A DNA stretch of 64,000 bases, from NCBI GenBank assembly GCA_963703315.1, contig OY969811.1:1888001-1952000 (forward strand). The letters run 5' to 3'. Position numbers and translations under genes: made by a program. The DNA is from an uncultured cyanobacterium. GTDB taxonomy: Bacteria; Cyanobacteriota; Cyanobacteriia; Pseudanabaenales; Pseudanabaenaceae. Of the stretch, positions 31,153 to 40,529 are shown piece after piece. How positions within the stretch are numbered: the stretch's first letter is position 1; each line of letters begins with the position of its first letter. The notes under the pieces were generated by a model, which was not told where the DNA came from, did no database searches, and saw nothing but the letters and a program-made list of their open reading frames with translations.

Positions 31153-32853
31153 CTATTTAGCTACAGCTTTAGGCTCGGCTTCTAACTTTGACTTTTCTTC
31201 AGGCTTAGCACTTTCTGGTTGAGAGATATCTTTACGAGAGGTAAAGTAATCCCTTAGCTTCTTGGTAGGATTTTTTACTTCAAGAGCTTTATCTGCTTGA
31301 ACAGGTTCGGGTTTAACAGGTTCAGATTTTGGTGCTGTCTTAGGAGCATCGGGAGTAGATTTAGGAGCAATCACGGGTTTAACAGGTTCAGCAGTAGGTG
31401 CAGTCTTGACCTTGTTAATCACGGGCTTCACAGGCTCTACAACCACAGGTGCAGCCTTAACCTTAATGGGGGTAACTTTGACCGACTCAACTGCTGGTGC
31501 AACCTTAACGGCTGGTGCAACCTTAACTGGTTCTACTTTAACTGGTGCAACCTTAATTGGTTCAACAGGAGCAGCTTTTACCTTGATGGGGGCAATCGCT
31601 TCGGGAGTCGATTTAATCGGTACTACAGGAATTGTGGTGAATGAATTAGGAGACTGTACAGCTTTATCAATAGGTTTTACCTCTTCCTTTTTAGGAGCAG
31701 GTGCAGCACTAGGAACTACGGTGTTAGGGACTACTGTAACGGGAACTACTACGTTTGTTGTCTCTTTTACCTTTTCAGGAGTAGCAACAGGGGCAGGAGC
31801 TTTAACTTCAGGTGGTGTAACCACAGGAGCAGGGATGACCTCAACAGGTGTAGGAATAACCTCTGGAGCAGGTGGCACATAGTCAGGGTTGGCGATCGCA
31901 TCGATATTGGCAATCTTTTCACCACTTACCAAACGAGACAGCGTATCTTGACCATTGGGCTGAAAATCGATCAGATGGGCGGTACTGTTAAAGACATTAG
32001 GAATAGCATCGCCATCATCCTCTAGCAATTCCAACTTGACCCAGTTTTTACCTTTCTTAAAGCCCTTTAGGTAAATCGGCTCCCAGCGATCGAAGGTAAA
32101 GCTTTGACCATCAATAGTTGCGCGAACTTGCCAATCCTCAATCACCGCATCATCTTTGCCAAGTACATGGGGTGGTGTATTTTGCAGATAAAAATCAAGC
32201 AAGATTGGCTCCGCGCCATAGGTTCCCACAGGACGGCTATAGGTAAGCAAAGGTGTTTTGGCTTCGGGCATATTTTCGCCAGTTTTGGTCAAAACATGGA
32301 AAGTGACCTGTGCGTAGGCTCCTTTGTTTTTGAAACTTTCATGCCAAGGACGAGACGCAAAGGCACGAATTGTATGGGTTCCTGCGCTAAGGTGATCAAA
32401 AGTTGTAGCTTCCTTAAGATCATACAAACCTTTGTATTCTTGGTTATCCAAGGTCACATGGATATGAGGACCTAAACCAAAATCAGCATTTTTGAAAATT
32501 GGTAAATTCTTGACATCAAACTTGACTGCCACTTGCGTATCATTTAGCACCTCATCAGGTTTAGGGCTAATAATGCTGACCTGTGGCTCGTAGCGATCAA
32601 GGAGGCGGCTGAGGCGTTGAATTTCCTTAGGTGGTGAAACTTCGACAATATTGACAGTTTCAACTTTGGGGTTTGAAGTAGTGGCTTTACTAACAGTCTT
32701 ACTATCATCACCACAAGCTGTAAGGTAAAAGCACAAGGCGATCGCCATTACCAAACTAGATAACTTTTTCCAAGGGATATTTCGACAATAAGCTTGAACT
32801 CGCGAAGTCTTTGGCTTGTCTTCGGGTTGGTTAGAGTTTGCGATCGCGCTCAT
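31153..32853 (-). CDS. Putative lipoprotein with a long Pro/Val/Ala/Lys-rich tail
   Basis: LTAC lipobox, GLGPH.H..LDN, GTHT.RAFASRPWHESFKN; (V/I)KVAP repeats; start uncertain (32853 or 32868). Confidence 0.75.
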   Translation of the reverse strand: MSAIANSNQPEDKPKTSRVQAYCRNIPWKKLSSLVMAIALCFYLTACGDDSKTVSKATTSNPKVETVNIVEVSPPKEIQRLSRLLDRYEPQVSIISPKPDEVLNDTQVAVKFDVKNLPIFKNADFGLGPHIHVTLDNQEYKGLYDLKEATTFDHLSAGTHTIRAFASRPWHESFKNKGAYAQVTFHVLTKTGENMPEAKTPLLTYSRPVGTYGAEPILLDFYLQNTPPHVLGKDDAVIEDWQVRATIDGQSFTFDRWEPIYLKGFKKGKNWVKLELLEDDGDAIPNVFNSTAHLIDFQPNGQDTLSRLVSGEKIANIDAIANPDYVPPAPEVIPTPVEVIPAPVVTPPEVKAPAPVATPEKVKETTNVVVPVTVVPNTVVPSAAPAPKKEEVKPIDKAVQSPNSFTTIPVVPIKSTPEAIAPIKVKAAPVEPIKVAPVKVEPVKVAPAVKVAPAVESVKVTPIKVKAAPVVVEPVKPVINKVKTAPTAEPVKPVIAPKSTPDAPKTAPKSEPVKPEPVQADKALEVKNPTKKLRDYFTSRKDISQPESAKPEEKSKLEAEPKAVAK

Positions 32854-33041
32854 AAAAACTATGCTCAACTCACATTACACAGGCAAATATACCGAAAAAT
32901 GACCGCGTTGCTCATAAAGAAAGTACACAATTTTATGGCAATCTATGAAAACGCACCTGTAGAAAGCTTTTTCATAAATTGATCTATGCTAAAAGTTGTG
33001 TCTTTTCAAATATTTTTAAATATCTAGAGTTGTTTGTGCCA

Positions 33042-33917
33042 ATGCAAGTACGCCGTCAATCTGAATTTGCTCGTCATAAAGGCTATGCGATCGCCGCCCT
33101 CACTGATGCGCCCCAAAATATTTTAGAAACAATTGTCTGGTATAAGGAGCGTGAAGTTGCCCAGATGTACGCCAACGACTCACTAGATGCATTGAAGTCA
33201 AAACTGGCAAATGTCCAGCCGCCCAAAGATTTTTATGGTAGTTTGCAAAATTCTCGCACCAAACCTGCGCTGATCGCTGAAGTCAAAAAAGCCTCGCCTA
33301 GCAAAGGTGTATTTCGTGAAGATTTTGATCCTGTAGCGATCGCTAAGTCCTACGAAATTGGCGGCGCGAGTTGCCTCTCAGTATTGACGGACTCAGAATT
33401 TTTTCAAGGCGGCTTTGAAAATCTGCAACTAGTGCGCCAAGTCGTTGATTTACCCTTAATTTGTAAAGAATTTATTATTGACCCCTATCAAATCTATCTG
33501 GGGCGATCGCACGGTGCTGATGCAGTTTTATTGATTGCGGCGATTCTCACTGATGCGGAGTTAAGCGAATTCCAAGCCTTGATTCATCAATTAGGGATGA
33601 CGGCTCTAGTGGAAGTGCATACACAAGAGGAATTAGATCGAGTTTTACAAATTCCTGATGTACGTTTAATCGGCATTAATAACCGCAATTTAGAAAATTT
33701 CGTAGTAGAACTTGAACAGACTAAAGTTTTAATGGATAAGCTAGATCCAGCCATTAGAAATAAATATCTCTGGGTCAGTGAATCTGGTATTTACACCCGT
33801 CAAGATTTAGATTTTGTGCAAAATTGTGGTGCAAGTGCGGTATTGGTAGGCGAGTCTTTAATTAAGCAAGCAAATATTGAAGAAGCCGTTAAGAATTTGC
33901 TCCTTCCTTCCCAGTGA
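33042..33917 (+). CDS. trpC: Indole-3-glycerol phosphate synthase
   Basis: IAEVKKASPSKG, SVLTD, GINNRNL, VSESGI. Confidence 0.96.
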   Translation: MQVRRQSEFARHKGYAIAALTDAPQNILETIVWYKEREVAQMYANDSLDALKSKLANVQPPKDFYGSLQNSRTKPALIAEVKKASPSKGVFREDFDPVAIAKSYEIGGASCLSVLTDSEFFQGGFENLQLVRQVVDLPLICKEFIIDPYQIYLGRSHGADAVLLIAAILTDAELSEFQALIHQLGMTALVEVHTQEELDRVLQIPDVRLIGINNRNLENFVVELEQTKVLMDKLDPAIRNKYLWVSESGIYTRQDLDFVQNCGASAVLVGESLIKQANIEEAVKNLLLPSQ

Positions 33918-33995
33918 ATAATTAGTGGTGTGCGGCTAAGCCGCACACCACTAAACCCTTTTTTAAGGGTGCGGCTTAGCCGCACCCTTAAAAAC

Positions 33996-34139
33996 TTAGC
34001 GTAAGCGCATAATCTCATTGACCCAACGGAGGCGTTCGGCATGGGTGAGGTTGAAAATATCTTCCCTTGACCAATGGAAGTAAAAAGCAATGAAGGCTAC
34101 CTCTTCATACAACCGATCCGAGGGGTAGCCTATGATTCC
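33996..34139 (-). CDS. DUF6760-like tail-chaperone extension, no own ATG; probably translated by -1 frameshift
   Basis: GIIGYPSDRLYEEVAFIAFYFHWSREDIFNLTHAERLRWVNEIMRLR*; absent from the ORF track. Confidence 0.75.
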   Translation of the reverse strand, partial: GIIGYPSDRLYEEVAFIAFYFHWSREDIFNLTHAERLRWVNEIMRLR

Positions 34140-34432
34140 CCCAATGTAGTTACATTATGAGGCTGTAATTGACTAAATAAGTCTTGTAAATACAGAAAAT
34201 CAGGCAAAAATAACTGCTCTAGATATTCTGGTGTAACTTTGGTTAAGTTTCCTAATTTGGCGATCGCCTGAGCTAGTAATAAAAATACAAGATCGGTATG
34301 AGGATGGAGAGGAGATAAATCCTGCACAATCAATTCATCTTTAGCCGTTAACAGTTTCATCTTGCCCTGATCATGTAATTCACCATTAACGATGAATCCT
34401 TTTGGTAATCTAAACTCAAATTCTTTGTTCAT
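34130..34432 (-). CDS. Phage-tail/eCIS tail assembly chaperone-like protein
   Basis: EFEF.LPKG....G.LH..G.M.L.TAKDE...I.KLG.L..VT...LE.LF..D..YLQ; ends TTG GGG GAA TCA TAG. Confidence 0.75.
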   Translation of the reverse strand: MNKEFEFRLPKGFIVNGELHDQGKMKLLTAKDELIVQDLSPLHPHTDLVFLLLAQAIAKLGNLTKVTPEYLEQLFLPDFLYLQDLFSQLQPHNVTTLGES

Positions 34433-34452
34433 AATTAACAGAAGTAGCGTAC

Positions 34453-34635
34453 TGATAATGTAACGTGCGAAGTTGCTAAGACCCTCACCCCTAGCCCCTC
34501 TCCCAAAAAGGGAGAGGGGAACAAGAAAAACATCTTACTCCCCTTCTCCCTTTCTGGGAGAAGGGGGTGGGGGATGAGGGCAGTTTTTAATTTCGTAAAC
34601 CATTGATAATGTAACGTTACATTATCAATGGTTTA
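34453..34635. repeat. Repeat element with a CCCTCACCCC...GGGGATGAGGG composite hairpin, ending in a 40-bp perfect palindrome
   Basis: TGATAATGTAACGT at 34453 and 34604, its inverse at 34614-34627; palindrome 34596-34635. Confidence 0.7.
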
Positions 34636-37557
34636 TTTTTGACTTGGTGGAACTTCTGATGGTGAGAGTGTCCCCCCCGATCGCTGATTGGCTGAATTAG
34701 GAATTAATGGAGAATCGATCGCAGGTACTTCAGGAGGCAAGACAATCGGTGGGGTTTCCTCTGACTTAGGCGCAGGGGGCGGCGCGATCGTTTGGACAAT
34801 AAAAGAACGCATCACAATTTGACCATCGGGATTTGTAACTTGCAGCGTATAGGTTACTTCTGCGGATTTAGGACTGAGAGGAATAGCTAGTTGACCAACG
34901 GCGGCAATATTACCAGGGGCAGGAAGTAAATCAATTTTTGCTGCTGCGGAAGCTTCCACTTTCCAAGCTAGAGTCAAAATTGTGGGTATGTCTGGATTGA
35001 GATTGAAGGAATATTGCGGTAAGGCATCTTGTCCATTGACCTTGAGTTCGAGAATCTTGGCAGGATAAGGAGCAATTTTCGTGATCTCGGTTTTTCGGGT
35101 TACAGGAACCGCTTTAGGATCGGTGGGAGGTTTACTCGGTACGATCGCTAATTCAAAAATGTAATTGCCCGATGCCTTCGCTTCCGTAGGGACATTTTTG
35201 CAGATCAGTTCATCGTTAGTGCTTGTGCAGTAGGGGCGCAGCGATCGCGGTAAATCTTCGGTGATTAGATAGCGCAGAGGCGGACTCTTTACTTCTCCTT
35301 CAGGCGATCGCCCCACTAGAGTTAATTCTTTAACTTGACTTAGATTTGAGATGCGCCAGTTTAGCCTTACTTCATTATCTAGATCGGGCTTTGGTTGGGC
35401 TATACCTAACTTCACTGCACCTTTCGCAATACCCACCGATGTGAAAAATACTTGTTTGTCTAAGGCGAACTCATCGGTTCTATTAGTAGCATTAGTCGTA
35501 GTACTAGTCGGTGCTGAAGCAGGAGTATTATTATTCGCATTGCTGGGATTGTTTGCGTCAGAGGATGCAGGAGAATTTTCTGAGGGCTTTGCTTGGGTAG
35601 TGGCAGTTACCACCGTAGGTAAAACTGGCTTGGATTCTGTATATAGAGGTTTGGTCGATGCTAGTTCTAAAATCTGGGCTTGTGGCACAGGTTCCACAAG
35701 AATTTTTGTAGTTTTGAGCGGTGGGATTTTGCCAGTTTTAGGATTGTTAGAGGCTAAGTTCATCTGAAAAGTATACTGACTGGGCTTACGCGCATCAGTT
35801 GGTACATTTTGACATAGCAACTCGCGATCAATTACACAATATTCCTTCAATTCCGATGGAATGCCCTTGCTAAAGTTATATACAACAGGCTGACTGAGAA
35901 CTTTGTCATCATCAGATAGTCCTTCTACGCGAATTTCGCGCACTAGTTCAGGATTGCTAATCCGCCAGCGTAAACGGATGGCTTCGTTAGAAACTTCTTT
36001 ATAGGTCGATGATTCAGAAGTGAATTCCACTACTTGCGGCACATCGGGCGGACGGAAAAAGAACCACCAAATCAAAAAGATGATAAGACCAATTAATCCC
36101 AAAATGCCGATCAGAACTAAAACAAACTGCCACCAAGGACGAGCAGGCATGAGCAAGTTACCGATGTAGCGATCGTTGGGAATTACGATCCCCTGCTTAT
36201 CTTCCACTTCGACAATAAAGTTCAGATAGCGATCGCTTAAAAACCGAGGCTTACATTTTTTCGTGGTCTGAACTTCTATATTTGTCCTTGCCGTTCCATA
36301 GGGAGCAATTTTAATTTCTTCAGTAGTCAAGGTATAGAGCAACATTCCATCTTGTTCAGAGCTACTAGCTCTAAGAACTAATTCGCGGGCGATATTGCCA
36401 TGACTTTTAAAACGCATTTCATACAGAGAAGGCTGATTCTCCACCCGCGTTAGTAATGTCACTAACTGAATATCAAGCTGATATGTGGGCAAAATCTCAA
36501 AGTAAGCAATATCTAGTAATGCTAAATCTGGATTATTAGCGGAATGGACGCGAATTGTTGGAGCATAAATTCCTGCCCACACATCTAAGGGAGGCTTAAA
36601 AATCAGTGTAATCTGTCCTTGGGTATTAGGGTTAAGTGGTAAACCTTCGGCAGCTTCCACAACTCCTACTAGGGCTAAGCCTTCAGGATAGTAAATTGAG
36701 AACCATTTAGGATCTAGATCAGGTATAGTTACCCGAAAACGATCAACCCGTTCGGAGCGGTTGCTCACTAAGATGAGAAGCTGCCAAATTTCACCCGATC
36801 GCATTTGATGGGGATTACTTGAAGAACTGCGCGGTTGGGTAATAAAAGTAGGATCATTAACCCTAATTACTTCTTGAATCGATGGCAGGACAATTACGCG
36901 ACCTTTGTATTGAATCGGCGTATGTTCTGGATAATGCTGAGGTGCATCGATAATTAAGGTGTAATTATATTCATCAGCAGGGGTAGTCGGCGGTACTTGA
37001 ATCAGAAATACAACTTCGCAACTCTGCCCAATGCTTAGGGCTAAACTCTCTGATGGCAGCGCACACCAAGGATAAATTGAGCTAGAGTCTTGATCGAGCG
37101 CGACACTAATCACCGCACTGCGATCGCCCTGATTGGTAACGGTGACGCATAATTCAAAACTTTCGCCTGTAGCGATCGAGACTGTACTCGATGGGTTCAG
37201 GATGATCGATAGGGGTCGTAGTGATACCGATGCCGATGACGCATCAAAATTTTTGGGGCTTTGTTGACGGCGAAAGTCGATCGCATAGTAGGTCATATCC
37301 TGAATTTGCCGTACTTCCACAAATCCTTGAGCAATTAAATACTCAACCTCAAGCAGTGTCTCTTCTAATTCGGCTTCAAGGTGGATCGCGATCGCTTCTA
37401 GAGTTGCGTTCCGTTGACGCATAATCCAATTCATAATCTGCTGTTGTCGAGTGGATAGGGTCAAGATATCCACTTCACTCAATCCTGTATTCTGCTCTAT
37501 ACTCGGCTGTATATTACCATCAGCATTATTAGCAAATATGGTTCGGTCACTCCTCAT
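34633..37557 (-). CDS. Large single-pass membrane protein with repeated Ig-like (COG1470-like) domains
   Basis: HTH-like N-terminus, V.V.N.G/S...W...L.L.P repeats, TM WWQFVLVLIGILGLIGLIIFLIWWFFF, duplicated L.WRISN...C....L.C.NVPT modules. Confidence 0.7.
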   Translation of the reverse strand: MRSDRTIFANNADGNIQPSIEQNTGLSEVDILTLSTRQQQIMNWIMRQRNATLEAIAIHLEAELEETLLEVEYLIAQGFVEVRQIQDMTYYAIDFRRQQSPKNFDASSASVSLRPLSIILNPSSTVSIATGESFELCVTVTNQGDRSAVISVALDQDSSSIYPWCALPSESLALSIGQSCEVVFLIQVPPTTPADEYNYTLIIDAPQHYPEHTPIQYKGRVIVLPSIQEVIRVNDPTFITQPRSSSSNPHQMRSGEIWQLLILVSNRSERVDRFRVTIPDLDPKWFSIYYPEGLALVGVVEAAEGLPLNPNTQGQITLIFKPPLDVWAGIYAPTIRVHSANNPDLALLDIAYFEILPTYQLDIQLVTLLTRVENQPSLYEMRFKSHGNIARELVLRASSSEQDGMLLYTLTTEEIKIAPYGTARTNIEVQTTKKCKPRFLSDRYLNFIVEVEDKQGIVIPNDRYIGNLLMPARPWWQFVLVLIGILGLIGLIIFLIWWFFFRPPDVPQVVEFTSESSTYKEVSNEAIRLRWRISNPELVREIRVEGLSDDDKVLSQPVVYNFSKGIPSELKEYCVIDRELLCQNVPTDARKPSQYTFQMNLASNNPKTGKIPPLKTTKILVEPVPQAQILELASTKPLYTESKPVLPTVVTATTQAKPSENSPASSDANNPSNANNNTPASAPTSTTTNATNRTDEFALDKQVFFTSVGIAKGAVKLGIAQPKPDLDNEVRLNWRISNLSQVKELTLVGRSPEGEVKSPPLRYLITEDLPRSLRPYCTSTNDELICKNVPTEAKASGNYIFELAIVPSKPPTDPKAVPVTRKTEITKIAPYPAKILELKVNGQDALPQYSFNLNPDIPTILTLAWKVEASAAAKIDLLPAPGNIAAVGQLAIPLSPKSAEVTYTLQVTNPDGQIVMRSFIVQTIAPPPAPKSEETPPIVLPPEVPAIDSPLIPNSANQRSGGTLSPSEVPPSQK

Positions 37558-37681
37558 AGGACACAGGATTTCTTACTAGGACAGAATCTATTGTTATTAA
37601 ATATGAGTTGCGGCGCTTCGCACTGCAACTCATATTTAATAATAAGAATACAACTGAACGCTTCAGCAAAAGTTATCATGA

Positions 37682-39070
37682 TTAACTACATTTACCAATT
37701 GTGCCATCAGTCAAGGTTGCACCGCAAAAATTAGCACCTTGCAAAACCGCACCGCGTAGATTTGCACCACTGAGATTTGCTCCTGAGAAATTTGCCCTTT
37801 GCAAATTTGCCCCAACCAGATCCGCGCCACGCAGATCTGACTGACTGAGATTGGCATCCACTAGTCGCGCCCCACGCAAACGCGCTAGCCGTAAATTTGC
37901 ACCTGACAGATCAAACTTAGTTAGGTTGCGATCTTCAGCACCACGATTTACGATTTCCCAAACCACTTTCCATTTGCGATCGATAATTGTCTCTTCATTA
38001 ATGATGCTTTCTCGCAAATTCGCAAGACGGAGATTCGCTCCCTCTAAATTTGCATCTGACAACTGCGCTCCTTTAAAATCAGCTTCCGTCAGATTCGCCT
38101 TGGTGAGATCGGCATAGCGCAAGTTCGCATCATTAAATTTGACCCTTACTAGATTGCTACGTCTGAGATTGGTAATGAACAAATAAGCTTGAGTGAAGTT
38201 CACATCTTCCAAATTCACACCTGCAAGATTTGCCTTCTCAAAATTCCCCCCTGATAAGTCGGCTGCGACTAAAGTTTGCCCTTCAACGCGCTGATTCACA
38301 ATTTTCCAGACGAGAAACCACTTAGGGTCAAAAAAGGTATCACTATCGATTTTGCTCGATCGCAGATCGGTATGAAATAAATTTGCCCCTGCAAAGGTCG
38401 TTCCCTCCAAACTCGCACCTTCTAAATTTGCCCTTGTGAGGTTGACTTCACTAAAATTTGCTCGGCGCAGATTGGCACGTTTGAGCCGAGCATTAGTGAA
38501 ATCAGCTTTTTCCAGTTCGGCGAGTCCTAAATTAGCACTTTCGAGATTTGCACCATCTAGTTTTGCGGCGATGAGTTTGGCAAATTGTAAATCCGCATTT
38601 TTGAGAGAAGCTTGATTGAGAATGGCGCGTTCGAGGTTGGCATACTTCAGATTAGCCCGAAATAAATTTGCGCCTTCGAGTTTTGCTTCCAGTAAATTTG
38701 CATTTAAAAAATCTGCTCCTGATAACAGAGCGAAGCGCAGATCTGCTCCCAACATATTCGATCGCATAAATTTTGCGCCATCTAGTTTCGCCCCACGCAG
38801 ATCGGCTTTGCGAAGGTCGGCATCGCGAATATTTGCGCCGATCAGGTCAGCCCCTGCTAACCTTGCGTCAGGCAAGTCACATTCTGAACATTCCTTAGTT
38901 TTAACTAGCTGATCGATATGACTTTGATTTGCCGCAAAAACTGATGATGCAGAGGCGATCGCCCCTATCAAAAAAATAGCGATCGCCCTCTTGCTAAATA
39001 TTCTGTTACTAGATAATTTGCAGAAATTATTGATGCTCATCTTGATGATTTTACGATAATCAAATGCCAT
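37682..39070 (-). CDS. Pentapeptide repeat protein (exported)
   Basis: A(D/N)Lxx repeats, L..TKEC..CDL, KW..VW.IVN spacers; start uncertain. Confidence 0.92.
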   Translation of the reverse strand: MAFDYRKIIKMSINNFCKLSSNRIFSKRAIAIFLIGAIASASSVFAANQSHIDQLVKTKECSECDLPDARLAGADLIGANIRDADLRKADLRGAKLDGAKFMRSNMLGADLRFALLSGADFLNANLLEAKLEGANLFRANLKYANLERAILNQASLKNADLQFAKLIAAKLDGANLESANLGLAELEKADFTNARLKRANLRRANFSEVNLTRANLEGASLEGTTFAGANLFHTDLRSSKIDSDTFFDPKWFLVWKIVNQRVEGQTLVAADLSGGNFEKANLAGVNLEDVNFTQAYLFITNLRRSNLVRVKFNDANLRYADLTKANLTEADFKGAQLSDANLEGANLRLANLRESIINEETIIDRKWKVVWEIVNRGAEDRNLTKFDLSGANLRLARLRGARLVDANLSQSDLRGADLVGANLQRANFSGANLSGANLRGAVLQGANFCGATLTDGTIGKCS

Positions 39071-39252
39071 GACTTATATCAATTCACGAAAGTGTGACAA
39101 CACTTTTGTGAATTAAAAACTAAACCCAGTAAGGATTTTAAAACTAAAAACAGCGTAGCTATTTTTAGTTTTGGTACTATATATAGCGTTTCACAGTCTA
39201 GCTAAGCAAACGATCTATTTTTCCAGTATCTGTCATCGCTGTTTCTCAAATG

Positions 39253-40356
39253 TTATTCCACAAGTTGTGGAATAAATGGACCACTAATTTTAGGTTTGCC
39301 AACTACTTGAGGTAACAGTTTATCTAACACATACACAATAGGGACTGAAAACAAAATAGATACAATTGTTGCCAAGGCAGATACTAAGGAAATCACAAGT
39401 TCTGTGTGTTGAATATATGGATATATTAGCTTTGTATAAGATTCATTAATCAAGTGATGAAATATACCTGCTGTACCTAAAAGAATTAATGTATTTCTTC
39501 CAGTCCATAAGATTAAACTGTTTTGAGGTGTTAGTCTTGCTAAAAATATTATACATAATGATCCTGCGATTGCCGTAATTGGGAAAATAACTGGATTACC
39601 ATGCTGAGAAAGCGCCATGCTTACGCTGCTATTTAAGTTAATAGTTGCCCAAAATATTACACCAAAAACTATCATTACAAAAAAATTTTTAAACAAGGAA
39701 TTACATTTTTCGATAATCCCAAGATTGTTTAAAATCCTACCAAACTTATAAAATAGATAAGCAACAAAAGCTTCATGTAAGAACCAAAAGTTCAAGCCAA
39801 TTCCCATATTAGACACAAAAAACTTTTCATTACTTACTAAAATAATTCCAATTATATAGGATGTAAGTGCGTTAAGTATAAACCACCAATTCAAATTTGA
39901 GCTAGTAGTTTTTATATTGTTTATTACATATTTGTTAACTAGATAGTCGATGATTTCAACTGTAAAGAGGCAGACTAGAAACCAAGTCATAAAGTTAAAT
40001 ACTGGATAAGCTCTTAATATACTAACAATTCCAGATATATACAAAGGTAATCGAATTACTCGATTAGTTAAATCGCTATAAATCTGTAAAGGCAAAGAAA
40101 TAAAAAAATTAAAAAAGATAAAAGGTAAAATTCTTGTAGACAAACGTTGTTTTAGATTTAGTGAAAAGTTTTTTGAAAAATAGCCTGAAACAATGAAAAA
40201 TAATGGTATATGAAACCCATAAATAATTTTATGCTGGTATGACATAGAACTAATTCCCAATATCTCAAATTTTTCAATTATATGTCCATAAAAGACTAAG
40301 ATTATGCCATATGCTTTTGCAGTATCTAGCCAAAAAATTCTTTTACAATCCAACAT
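39253..40356 (-). CDS. Acyltransferase family 3 membrane protein
   Basis: RI.WLD.AK..GIILV..GH, FHIPLFFIVSGY, WFL.CLF, GRNTL. Confidence 0.88.
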   Translation of the reverse strand: MLDCKRIFWLDTAKAYGIILVFYGHIIEKFEILGISSMSYQHKIIYGFHIPLFFIVSGYFSKNFSLNLKQRLSTRILPFIFFNFFISLPLQIYSDLTNRVIRLPLYISGIVSILRAYPVFNFMTWFLVCLFTVEIIDYLVNKYVINNIKTTSSNLNWWFILNALTSYIIGIILVSNEKFFVSNMGIGLNFWFLHEAFVAYLFYKFGRILNNLGIIEKCNSLFKNFFVMIVFGVIFWATINLNSSVSMALSQHGNPVIFPITAIAGSLCIIFLARLTPQNSLILWTGRNTLILLGTAGIFHHLINESYTKLIYPYIQHTELVISLVSALATIVSILFSVPIVYVLDKLLPQVVGKPKISGPFIPQLVE

Positions 40357-40529
40357 TTTATCTAACTCTTTCTTAATTCAATACTTCGGACAAAATTAGG
40401 AGGTAATAGCACCCTTAAGAGCAAAGGATAGGGTGATTAGGATAAGAGTAATCAAATGAGAATCCAAGTCTAACAGGAAAATCTCAGTGGCATAAAAAGA
40501 GAGTTGCGGTGCAACTCTCTTTTTATGGT

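Noticed and set aside
31297..31882. Plus-strand ORFs with repetitive translations
   Set aside because: Antisense shadows of the low-complexity tail of the 31153 gene
33996..37557. Prophage or complete eCIS
   Set aside because: No structural, lysis, replication or integrase genes nearby
37851..38912. Arg/Phe/Ala-rich plus-strand ORFs and periodic DNA
   Set aside because: Antisense of pentapeptide repeats; the same applies to 44650-44997
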